Source of the DNA: a virus
Taxonomy: Duplodnaviria; Caudoviricetes
IMG/VR virus record: IMGVR_UViG_3300045912_000596
Span: 1 to 38,002 of that record
Length of the DNA stretch: 38,002 nucleotides
Reading direction: 5' to 3' (one strand)
Shown here: one piece after another, positions 1 to 7,465 of the stretch
How positions within the stretch are numbered: the first letter of the stretch is position 1
Layout of the letters: every line of letters begins with the position of its first letter
Translations under genes and position numbers: made by a program
The notes under the pieces: generated by a model
Databases searched by the model: none
What the model was told of the DNA's origin: nothing
Seen by the model: only the letters and a program-made list of their open reading frames with translations

Positions 1-1
1 G

Positions 2-1012
2 CTCGGTGCGGAGTTCCCCGTAGCGCAGAGGTTCCTGCGCGCGACGGGGCGCCGGGTCACGGCGATCGACTGTCCCTCCCCGGGCGGTGAGGGCTGCCCG
101 CGCGCGGTGATCAGGGTGCCAGCCGGCGCGCTACGCGCCGTGTGCCGGTCTGCGACGGGGCGATGCGATCCGCTCGACCTGCAGCCCGAGGACACCGATG
201 TCCTGCAGGTGGACTTCCTCCGCCTGCGGCAGGCGCTGGCCTCACTGTTCGAAGTCCAGGCGGCGACCGCACCGCCGACTTCCAACCGCGTCGCATTGCT
301 GGGCGGACACGCAATCGCCGCCGGTGTCGCCGCCCCTGTGATGCTCGTCGTGCCCGGTCCCATGGATGCCATCCAGTTCGACGAACTCCGCGAAGGCGGG
401 CTGAGTAGCGAGCGCGCGGTCCTGCTGGTGCCAACCGCGGCGTCGCTGCCATCGTCGACGCGGACGCGCCTTGCATCGCTCGGGCACATCGTTCTGAGCC
501 TGAGCGATGTGACGGAGGCCGACGGCAAGGGGAACCTCATGCCGGTTCAGCCGCTCGAGCTGCTGCTGCACGAGATTCGGGCGGCGCTCCAGGCGCGGAT
601 TGACACTGCACAGGCTGGACCCAGCGTTTCCCTGCCGGCTGGAGCTCAATGGGGCGAGCTGACGTTCGTCCTGGTCTCCGACGAGGTTCTGAACGTCACC
701 TGCCGCGGCCATACGCAGAGGCTCGAACCTGACCGGGTCGGCATGAAAGACGGGCGGACCGGGAAACCCACCGAAGCCTGGGCCTTCCTCCAGGTCCTCG
801 CTCGGGCTGGCGGCGTACTGGGGCCGCTCGGCCGCGATGTCGTCGAGGAACAGAAAAAGAAGAAGCAGGCATTGAGCAGGCAGCTCGTCCGCGCCTTCGG
901 CATCAGCGGCGATCCGATCCGCTGGAGCAAGCGGGACAGAGCCTACCAGACCTCCTTCGTGCTTCGCGACGAGCGACCGAAGACCGTCAGGATGGCTGCC
1001 GGCCGCCGGTGA
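2..1012 (+). CDS. 5'-truncated hypothetical protein with N-terminal Cys cluster (putative Zn ribbon) and C-terminal winged-helix-like domain; putative regulator
   Basis: Frame is open from base 2 (LGAEFPVAQRFLRATGRRVTAIDCPSPGGEGCPRAV...CRSATGRC). C-terminus AWAFLQVLAR...KKKKQALSRQLVRAFG..DPIRW...YQTSF resembles an OmpR-type wHTH. Confidence 0.7.
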   Translation, partial: LGAEFPVAQRFLRATGRRVTAIDCPSPGGEGCPRAVIRVPAGALRAVCRSATGRCDPLDLQPEDTDVLQVDFLRLRQALASLFEVQAATAPPTSNRVALLGGHAIAAGVAAPVMLVVPGPMDAIQFDELREGGLSSERAVLLVPTAASLPSSTRTRLASLGHIVLSLSDVTEADGKGNLMPVQPLELLLHEIRAALQARIDTAQAGPSVSLPAGAQWGELTFVLVSDEVLNVTCRGHTQRLEPDRVGMKDGRTGKPTEAWAFLQVLARAGGVLGPLGRDVVEEQKKKKQALSRQLVRAFGISGDPIRWSKRDRAYQTSFVLRDERPKTVRMAAGRR

Positions 1013-1147
1013 ATTTTCACCGGCCGCTCTCCCGCCATCTCCACTTTTTTCTCCGCTAAAGGCGCCATGAATCCCCTGGGCTTCTCCGCAGAAGCCCCAT
1101 GCCTGCCCGCGCTTCCACAGCCTCCCTGGTGAATTTTCGCCGGTCGC
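1005..1147. promoter_or_regulatory. Pair of operator-like repeats GGTGAATTTTC(A/G)CCGG, 120 bp apart, with an intervening hairpin
   Basis: Copies begin at 1008 and 1128. The first is a palindrome CCGGTGAA-TT-TTCACCGG (1006-1023). Hairpin GGGCTTCT-CCGC-AGAAGCCC at 1078-1097. Confidence 0.55.
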
Positions 1148-1192
1148 CATCGATCGGGCCGCGAGCCCGTCCTCGATCGACGGCGACCACCC

Positions 1193-1786
1193 ATGGAGCA
1201 GACCACCCGAGACGCGGTGCTGGCCCCCCGCACCCTCAAGCACATCCACAGCACGGCGAAGCGCCTGGCCCGCAGCGGCCGGATCCGCGGGATGGATGCC
1301 GAGGACATCGCGCAGGACCTCTTCCTCGATCTCTGGCGTCGGTGCCCGGCCTTCGACCCGAGCCGGGCGAGCTTCCCGACCTTCGCCGACCGGATCATCG
1401 CGCACCGCGCAGCCAGCCTGACCGCCCAGACGCAGCGGACGCAGATGGAGCGGCGGCAGATCCGGATCGACGATCCGGTCGAGGCCGCGGATGGCTGCAC
1501 CTGGGCCGACATCCTTCCGGATCCGCGCGCACCGGGGGAGGAGGATCACGGCCTCTCCCTCGACCTCCGCCGATTCACCGAGAGCCTGTCGCCCGCCCTG
1601 CAGCGGTGCTGCGCGATCCTGGCGGAGCCGAACATCCGCTCGGCTGCGGCGCGGGCGGGGACCCATCGCTCGTCCCTCTATGAGAGCGCGCGCCGTCTCC
1701 GGAAGCGCGCCGAGGAGTCCGGCCTCCGGATCTACCTGGCCGAACCCCGACAGATTTCGACGCGCGCCGGTAGGTGCCCGGCATGA
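1193..1786 (+). CDS. Sigma-70/ECF-like RNA polymerase sigma factor
   Basis: Region-2 motif DAEDIAQDLFLDLWRRCPAFDPSRASFPTFADRII; C-terminal HTH NIRSAAARAGTHRSSLYESARRLR. Confidence 0.8.
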   Translation: MEQTTRDAVLAPRTLKHIHSTAKRLARSGRIRGMDAEDIAQDLFLDLWRRCPAFDPSRASFPTFADRIIAHRAASLTAQTQRTQMERRQIRIDDPVEAADGCTWADILPDPRAPGEEDHGLSLDLRRFTESLSPALQRCCAILAEPNIRSAAARAGTHRSSLYESARRLRKRAEESGLRIYLAEPRQISTRAGRCPA

Positions 1787-2025
1787 GCAGGCAGCATGAC
1801 ATTGGAGCGCAGCGGAGCGGTGGGCTGGTTCGCCACCTGGACCAGCACGCCCTCGCGAATCGCTGGGGCCTGTCGATCCGGACCCTTGAGCGCTGGCGCT
1901 ACCTGAATCAGGGGCCCGCCTTCCTGAAACTGGGCGGCCGCATCCTCTATCGCCTTGAGGACGTCGAGGCCTTCGAGGCGGCGCAGGCACGGGATCCGGC
2001 CGCGTCGGCCAGGGCGACCGCGTGA
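1783..2025 (+). CDS. Small HTH DNA-binding protein (HTH_17/AlpA/excisionase-like)
   Basis: LDQHALANRWGLSIRTLERWRYLNQGPAFLKLGGRILYRLEDVEAFE; ATGA coupling to the upstream gene. Confidence 0.85.
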   Translation: MSRQHDIGAQRSGGLVRHLDQHALANRWGLSIRTLERWRYLNQGPAFLKLGGRILYRLEDVEAFEAAQARDPAASARATA

Positions 2026-2744
2026 TGGCCGCGCTGGTCCGCTACGAGCAGGCCCGCACGGCGCTGGCGGAATGCGCCCGGATCGATGAGGCCTCCGAGA
2101 TCCGCGACAAGGCCGCGGCGCTTGCCGCCTATGCCCGCCAGCGCGACGACCGCGACCTCGAGGTCTGGGTGCGCGAGATCCACCTGCGCGCCTGCGTCCG
2201 CATCGGCGAACTGAGCCGCGAGCTGGAACGCGCTGAACCGGGTGGCGCGGGCGGCGGCTCGAAGTTCCCAGCGGTGGGAATTTCGAAGGCCCAGGCACTG
2301 GCCGACGCCGGCATCTCGACCAGCACGGCCCATCGCTACGAGGAGCTCGCTGGTGGGCGCGAGGAGCAGGCTCAGGCCGCGGGTCGCGCCGCGATAGAGG
2401 CCTACTTCGCGCAGTCCCGTGCCGATGGTGCACCGCCGACCATGGCGGGGCTGCGCGGCGCCGTGCGCGACGCCGTTCAGGCCACCATCGGCACGCCGCC
2501 GACCCGCACCAAGCGCCCGTCCCCCACGCCCGAACCGCCGAAGGTCACGCCCATCGGCGCCGACTGGGCCGATTTCACCGCCGCCGTCCTCACCGTCGCA
2601 ACCCTGCCCGTCGACTTCGCCTCGCTGGCGGGCCGGGCCCCGCGCGCCCTGCTCGACGACCTGCGCGGCGAGGCTCGCGAGGCGCTGCGGCGGCTGCCGC
2701 TCTGGATCAACGCATTGGAGAACGAACATGACGACGCCGCGTGA
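2025..2744 (+). CDS. Phage helical/HTH protein (ParB/KorB-like HTH, no catalytic domain seen)
   Basis: N-terminus LVRYEQARTALAECARIDEASEIRDKAAALAAYARQ resembles domains I recall fused to phage methyltransferases; HTH-like KAQALADAGISTSTAHRYEELA; TGATG coupling. Confidence 0.65.
   Translation: MAALVRYEQARTALAECARIDEASEIRDKAAALAAYARQRDDRDLEVWVREIHLRACVRIGELSRELERAEPGGAGGGSKFPAVGISKAQALADAGISTSTAHRYEELAGGREEQAQAAGRAAIEAYFAQSRADGAPPTMAGLRGAVRDAVQATIGTPPTRTKRPSPTPEPPKVTPIGADWADFTAAVLTVATLPVDFASLAGRAPRALLDDLRGEAREALRRLPLWINALENEHDDAA
2259..2286. repeat. Intragenic palindrome, copy 1 (core TTCCCAGCGGTGGGAA)
   Basis: TCGAAGTTCCCA-GCGG-TGGGAATTTCGA; 15/16 identical to the core at 21142-21157. Confidence 0.8.
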
Positions 2745-3198
2745 CCGCATGCGGACCCTGATCCGGGAAGCTCGCCTCAGCGTCCGCCACCGCGGCAGCG
2801 TGCCGGCGATCGTCGGAGAGGTCGTGCGCAATGCCGCGGAGGAGATCCGCAAGGACGACCAGCTCTTCGGCGTGATCCTCGCCACGGCGCTGAACAAGCT
2901 GATCCGTGACGAGCTCAAGCGCAACGCCGAGAGCGCCGATCATGCCGAGGGCCTGCGGGCTGAGCAGATGGAGATGTTCCCGCCGGATGCGCGCGCGACG
3001 GTGGAGCAGATCGGGCGCGGCGAGGTGTTCGTGCCGAGCCGCAATGCCTTCGTGCCGCTGCTGCCGAGCCACCTGCAGCCGCAGGAGATCGACGAGGCGG
3101 GGAAGTACCTCATCGACCATGGCGGCGACTGCATCCGCCGCGGCGGCCTGCTGCGCCGGCTGAGCCGGATCATGCAGACCCACCGGAAGGCGGCGTGA
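2728..3198 (+). CDS. Hypothetical phage protein
   Basis: GGAG RBS at 2717-2720, ATG 2728, GC3-rich codons, overlaps both neighbours. Confidence 0.75.
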   Translation: MTTPRDRMRTLIREARLSVRHRGSVPAIVGEVVRNAAEEIRKDDQLFGVILATALNKLIRDELKRNAESADHAEGLRAEQMEMFPPDARATVEQIGRGEVFVPSRNAFVPLLPSHLQPQEIDEAGKYLIDHGGDCIRRGGLLRRLSRIMQTHRKAA

Positions 3199-3206
3199 GG
3201 TCGGCC

Positions 3207-3632
3207 ATGGGCAAGTCCTCCCGCGACAAGGGCCTGCGCCGCGAGCGCGCCATCGTCGACATCCACATGAAGTGCGGGCTCCGCGCGGAGCGCGTGCCGC
3301 TGTCCGGCGCCGTCCGGTACCGCGGCAACGGTGCCGACGTCGACCTCTACGTCCGCGGCGCCGAGCCGCTGAAGGCGGAGGTCAAGGCGCGCGGCGAGGG
3401 CGACGGCTTCAAGACGCTGGAGCGCTGGCTCGGCGGCAACGACGCGCTGTTCCTCTGGCGCGACCGCGCGACGCCGATGGTGGTGCTGCCGCTGCATGTC
3501 TGGATCGAGATCGCGCGGCGCAGCGTGCGCTGCGCAGAGCCCGACGCCGATCGCGAGCGCGCCCGCCGTGCGCGCCAGGCCGAGGAGGGCCCGCTCCCGC
3601 CGCCCGACGCCATCGCTGAGGTGACGCCGTGA
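3207..3632 (+). CDS. Hjc-type Holliday junction resolvase-like PD-(D/E)xK nuclease
   Basis: SRDKGLRRERAI...RVPLSGA...ADVDL...AEVKAR pattern. Start could be GTG 3195. Confidence 0.75.
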   Translation: MGKSSRDKGLRRERAIVDIHMKCGLRAERVPLSGAVRYRGNGADVDLYVRGAEPLKAEVKARGEGDGFKTLERWLGGNDALFLWRDRATPMVVLPLHVWIEIARRSVRCAEPDADRERARRARQAEEGPLPPPDAIAEVTP

Positions 3633-3757
3633 CCCCGCGCACCGCCCAGCGGCTGCGCGCAATCGGCGACGCCCTGCGGACCCTGGCCGGCGGCCTGCTG
3701 TTGGCCGGCGGGTTCATCGCGCTCTGCTGGGTCGCCGAGCTGGTGACCTTCCGATGA
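3629..3757 (+). CDS. 42-aa single-pass membrane microprotein (not in the ORF track)
   Basis: MTPRTAQRLRAIGDALRTLAGGLLLAGGFIALCWVAELVTFR; GTGA and ATGA overlaps on both sides. Confidence 0.7.
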   Translation: MTPRTAQRLRAIGDALRTLAGGLLLAGGFIALCWVAELVTFR

Positions 3758-4320
3758 GCGCCCCGCCCATGCCGATGCCCGCGCCTGCCCGGCCGCCGGC
3801 GTCGCCCACCCAGCCGGGCGCCATCACCACCGACAGGACCAGCATGACCAACCGAACCACTCTGGCGCAGCTGCGCGAGATGGACGTCGCGCAGGCCGCC
3901 CGCCTGCCCGTCGATCATCTGGCGCTGCTGCTGGAAGAGGTCGGGGCGCTGAAGGCCGACGCCAAGCGCCTCGCCGACCTGCTGCACGACGCCCTGCACG
4001 CCCGCTACGGCAAGGCGGCCGCCGCGGCCCGCCGCGTCGAGGGCAAGGACACCGGCCGCGTCCGCATCGCCGACGAAGGCTTCGCGGTCATCGCCGACCT
4101 GCCGAAGAAGCCGGCCTGGGATCAGCCGAGGTTGGCTGAGGCGGTGGCCACGATCCGCGGCTGGGGCGAGGACCCCGCCGACTACGTCACCACCGAGATC
4201 CGCGTGCCAGAGAGCCGCTTCACGGCGTGGCCGCCGCGCATCCGCGCGGTGTTCGAGCCGGCGCGCACCGTCGCCACCGGCCGTCCCTCCTACACCCTCG
4301 AACCGAAGGACGTCGCCTGA
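3754..4320 (+). CDS. Conserved-type hypothetical phage protein
   Basis: GKDTGRVRIADEGFAVIADLPKKPAWDQ; alternative start ATG 3844 with AGGA RBS. Confidence 0.75.
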   Translation: MSAPPMPMPAPARPPASPTQPGAITTDRTSMTNRTTLAQLREMDVAQAARLPVDHLALLLEEVGALKADAKRLADLLHDALHARYGKAAAAARRVEGKDTGRVRIADEGFAVIADLPKKPAWDQPRLAEAVATIRGWGEDPADYVTTEIRVPESRFTAWPPRIRAVFEPARTVATGRPSYTLEPKDVA

Positions 4321-4505
4321 TGGCGCATGAACTCCGCATCCAGGTCGCGATCCCCCTCGAAGGCGACGCGATCTCCCGCGCGAAGGACGTGGCCGCCTTC
4401 GAGCCGACCCTCGACGCCTTTGCCGAGGCGGTGGCGCGCGCCGGCGGCGACATCAAGGTCGACGTCATCAAGGCGAAGCCGCGCACGCCGAAGGAGCCGC
4501 ACTGA
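4320..4505 (+). CDS. Small hypothetical protein
   Basis: MAHELRIQVAIPLEGD...; TGATG coupling at both ends. Confidence 0.7.
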   Translation: MAHELRIQVAIPLEGDAISRAKDVAAFEPTLDAFAEAVARAGGDIKVDVIKAKPRTPKEPH

Positions 4506-5296
4506 TGGCGATCTCCCTTGCATCGCTCCGGCGGGGCGGCGAGACGCGCCCGCCGCGGATCCTCGTCTACGGCGTGGCCGGCGTCGGCAAGACCCAGCTC
4601 GCCGCCGATGCGCCGAACCCGGTGTTCCTGCAGACCGAGGACGGGCTCGGCCGCATCGACGCCGCGACCTTCGGGCTGCTGCGCAGCTTCGACGCGGTGA
4701 TGGAGGCGCTCGGCAGCCTCTACACCGAGGAGCACGACCACCAGACCGTGGTCCTCGACAGCCTTGACTGGCTGGAGCCCCTCGTCTGGCAGCACACGGC
4801 GCAGGCGCACAACCAGCCGGACATCGAGTCCTTCGGCTACGGCAAGGGCTACCTCGCTGCGCTGGATACCTGGCGCAGCTTCCTCGACGGCGTGAACGCG
4901 CTGCGCGACGAGCGCGGCATGGGCGTGATCCTGATCGCGCATGCCGAGATCCGGCGCTTCGACAGCCCCGAGACCGAGCCCTACGACCGCTACCAGCCGA
5001 AGCTGCACCGCGGCGCCTCCGCGCTGGTGCAGGAGCATGTCGATGCCGTGCTCTTCGCGAACTACCGGGTCAGCACGCTGAAGTCGGATGTCGGGTTCAA
5101 CAAGAAGGTGGTCCGCGGCGTGAGCGGCGGCGACCGGCTGCTGCACACCGCCGAGCGCCCGGCCTTCCTCGCGAAGAACCGCTTCGGGCTGCCGGAGACG
5201 CTGCCGCTGTCCTGGCCCGAGCTTGCCGCCGGCATCCCCTTCTACGCGACGCCGCCCGGCGCCGTTCCCGCCTCCACCACCCCAGCCCGGAGCTGA
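4505..5296 (+). CDS. AAA_24 / Sak4-like ATPase (single-strand annealing)
   Basis: Walker A YGVAGVGKT, Walker B VVLDSLD, C-terminal AKNRFGLP; adjacent to an SSB-like gene. Confidence 0.88.
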   Translation: MAISLASLRRGGETRPPRILVYGVAGVGKTQLAADAPNPVFLQTEDGLGRIDAATFGLLRSFDAVMEALGSLYTEEHDHQTVVLDSLDWLEPLVWQHTAQAHNQPDIESFGYGKGYLAALDTWRSFLDGVNALRDERGMGVILIAHAEIRRFDSPETEPYDRYQPKLHRGASALVQEHVDAVLFANYRVSTLKSDVGFNKKVVRGVSGGDRLLHTAERPAFLAKNRFGLPETLPLSWPELAAGIPFYATPPGAVPASTTPARS

Positions 5297-5299
5297 CCC

Positions 5300-5839
5300 A
5301 TGGCCTCCCTGAACGGAACCTTCGATGCGACCGAGGTCGCCCCCGCCGTCCCGCTCGAGGTGCTGCCGCCCGGCAAGTACCTCGCGCATCTGATCGAGAG
5401 CGAGATGCTGCCGACCAAGGCCGGCGACGGGCAGTACCTGAAGCTGGTGTTCGAGATCCTGGAAGGCCCCGCTGCCCGCCGGAAGATCTTCGACCAGCTG
5501 AACCTGGTGAACCGCAACGAGCAGACGGTCGAGATCGCGCAGAGGCACCTCTCCGCGATCTGCCATGCGGTCGGCCAGGTCCACGTCAGCGACAGCGAGC
5601 AGCTGCACTTCAAGCCGCTGGTCGTGACCCTGAAGGTCAAGCCGGCCGGCAACGACAAGTCCGGCATCTACCGCGAGGCGCGGAACGAGGTGGCCGGCTA
5701 CTCCGCGGCGTCCGCGGGCGCCTCCAGCGGGGTCGCGCCACGCCCGGCCGCTGCGGTGCCCCGCGCGACCCCGGCGGCGCCCCCGGCGGGCACCCGCCCC
5801 GGTGCCGCTGCCACGCCGCCCTGGCGCCGCAACGGCTGA
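5300..5839 (+). CDS. DUF669-family putative ssDNA-binding protein
   Basis: FDATEV...LPPGKYLAHLIESEM..TKAGDGQYLKLVFEI...; flexible tail ending PPWRR. Confidence 0.82.
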   Translation: MASLNGTFDATEVAPAVPLEVLPPGKYLAHLIESEMLPTKAGDGQYLKLVFEILEGPAARRKIFDQLNLVNRNEQTVEIAQRHLSAICHAVGQVHVSDSEQLHFKPLVVTLKVKPAGNDKSGIYREARNEVAGYSAASAGASSGVAPRPAAAVPRATPAAPPAGTRPGAAATPPWRRNG

Positions 5840-5846
5840 CGACACC

Positions 5847-5868
5847 GCCGGCGGACTCACCCGCCGGC
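5847..5868 (+). other. Intergenic GC-rich hairpin
   Basis: GCCGGCGG-ACTCAC-CCGCCGGC; no U-tract. Confidence 0.45.
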
Positions 5869-5894
5869 CCTCCTTCCTCCCTGCCGGACCCGCC

Positions 5895-6845
5895 ATGGCC
5901 GTCCTTCCACCGCCGTCGAGCCCCACCGTCACCGCCATCTATGCCGCCTACGAGGCGGCCGCGGATGCCGGCTATCGCGCACATCTCGGCGCCTCGCTGA
6001 TCGGCGCCGAGTGCGAGCGGGCGATCTGGTACACCTTCCGCTGGGCCACGCGCGCCCGGCACACGGGCCGGCTCCTCCGGCTTTTCGAGACGGGCCACCT
6101 GGCCGAGGCGCGGTTCGTCGCCGATCTGCGGCGCATCGGCGTCACCGTGCTGGACGTGGATCCGGCGACCGGTCGTCAGTGGAACCTCCGCGACGCCGGC
6201 GGCCACTTCGGCGGCAGCATGGACGCGGTCGCCAAGGGCTTTCCCGAGGCGCCGGCGACATGGCACGTCTGCGAGTTTAAGACCCACAGCGCCAAGTCCT
6301 TCGCCAAGCTGAAGGCCGAGGGCGTCGCCGCCTCCAAGCCGCTGCATTGGTCGCAGATGCAGGCCTACATGCAGCTCGCCGGCCTCGATCGCGCCTTCTA
6401 CCTGGCGGTCTGCAAGGACACGGACGAGCTCTACCAGGAGCGCATCCGGCACGACGCAGAGGCCGGGCTGCGCATCCTGGCGAAGGCCGCGCGCATCATC
6501 GGCGCAGCCCGGCCGCCGGCCCGCATCAGCCAGGATCCGGCGTGGTGGCAGTGCCGGGTCTGCGACCACCACGCCGTCTGCCATAGCGGCGCCGCGCCGG
6601 AGCGGCACTGCCGCTCCTGCCTGCACGCCTCGCCGGTCAAGGGCGGTGATTGGCATTGCGCCCGGCATAACGCCCCGCTGGACCGGCGGGACCAGGAGGC
6701 GGGCTGCGCTGCACACCTCTATCTGCCCGACTTCGTCGCCGCCGAGCAGCTCGACGCCGGCGAGGATTGGGTGAGCTACCGGCTGCCCGACAACACCGTC
6801 TGGTGCGACAGCGCCGCCTCCTCCAGCGCGGGAGCCGCGCCGTGA
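5895..6845 (+). CDS. Cas4/YqaJ-like PD-(D/E)xK exonuclease with Fe-S cysteines
   Basis: HLGASLIGAECER, GSMD, CEFKT, QMQAYM, CRVCDHHAVC (1+3 Cys pattern), plus an extra CRSC cluster. Confidence 0.85.
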   Translation: MAVLPPPSSPTVTAIYAAYEAAADAGYRAHLGASLIGAECERAIWYTFRWATRARHTGRLLRLFETGHLAEARFVADLRRIGVTVLDVDPATGRQWNLRDAGGHFGGSMDAVAKGFPEAPATWHVCEFKTHSAKSFAKLKAEGVAASKPLHWSQMQAYMQLAGLDRAFYLAVCKDTDELYQERIRHDAEAGLRILAKAARIIGAARPPARISQDPAWWQCRVCDHHAVCHSGAAPERHCRSCLHASPVKGGDWHCARHNAPLDRRDQEAGCAAHLYLPDFVAAEQLDAGEDWVSYRLPDNTVWCDSAASSSAGAAP

Positions 6846-7465
6846 GCCAGGACCTGCTCGTCATCGTCTCGGTCAAGAACAACGCGCTGCTGACCGCCAT
6901 GCGTGAAGCCGGATACGAGAGCGCGGCGGCGCTGTCGCGCGCCGGCGGCGTGTCTGCCCACCGCATCTACGACTACCTGAACCTGCGCATCGCACCGCTC
7001 CGCGAGAACGGGGAATGGCGCGCCTGCATCCTCGCCATCTCGAAGGCGCTGCGCACGCTGCCCGAGGATCTCTTTCCCGCGGCGTTCCTGCGCCGCGCGC
7101 TGGCGACGAACAAGGTCACACGCGAGGTCAGCGCCGATGAGCTGCCGGCGCTCATGGGCGGCGTGTCCTCCTCCATCGCCTACGACCCCGAGCGGAGCGT
7201 CGCCGTCGATGCCGCGCTCGACGCCCTGGACGCCGCGCTCGCCGGCCTGCGGCCGCGTGAGGCGCGCATGCTGCGGATGTATTTCGGCCTGGATGGCGAG
7301 GCGCCCCTCACCCTGGAGGAGATCGGGCGATCCTTTGACGTCAGCAAGGAGCGCGTGCGCCAGACCGTGCAGCTCGCCCAGCGCCGGCTGGCCGCACCGC
7401 GGCACCAACTTCGCCAGCGTTGCGCGCCCCTCCTGGAGGATGCCGCGACGGGAGAGGATCGATGA
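6842..7465 (+). CDS. XRE-like HTH fused to a sigma-70 region-4 domain
   Basis: N-terminal SAAALSRAGGVSAHRIYDYLNL; C-terminal LRPREARMLRMYFGLDGEAPLTLEEIGRSFDVSKERVRQ. Confidence 0.8.
   Translation: MSQDLLVIVSVKNNALLTAMREAGYESAAALSRAGGVSAHRIYDYLNLRIAPLRENGEWRACILAISKALRTLPEDLFPAAFLRRALATNKVTREVSADELPALMGGVSSSIAYDPERSVAVDAALDALDAALAGLRPREARMLRMYFGLDGEAPLTLEEIGRSFDVSKERVRQTVQLAQRRLAAPRHQLRQRCAPLLEDAATGEDR

Noticed and set aside
5895-6845. Cas4-like gene as part of a CRISPR system
   Set aside because: No repeat-spacer array or other cas genes in the window; the context is phage recombination.
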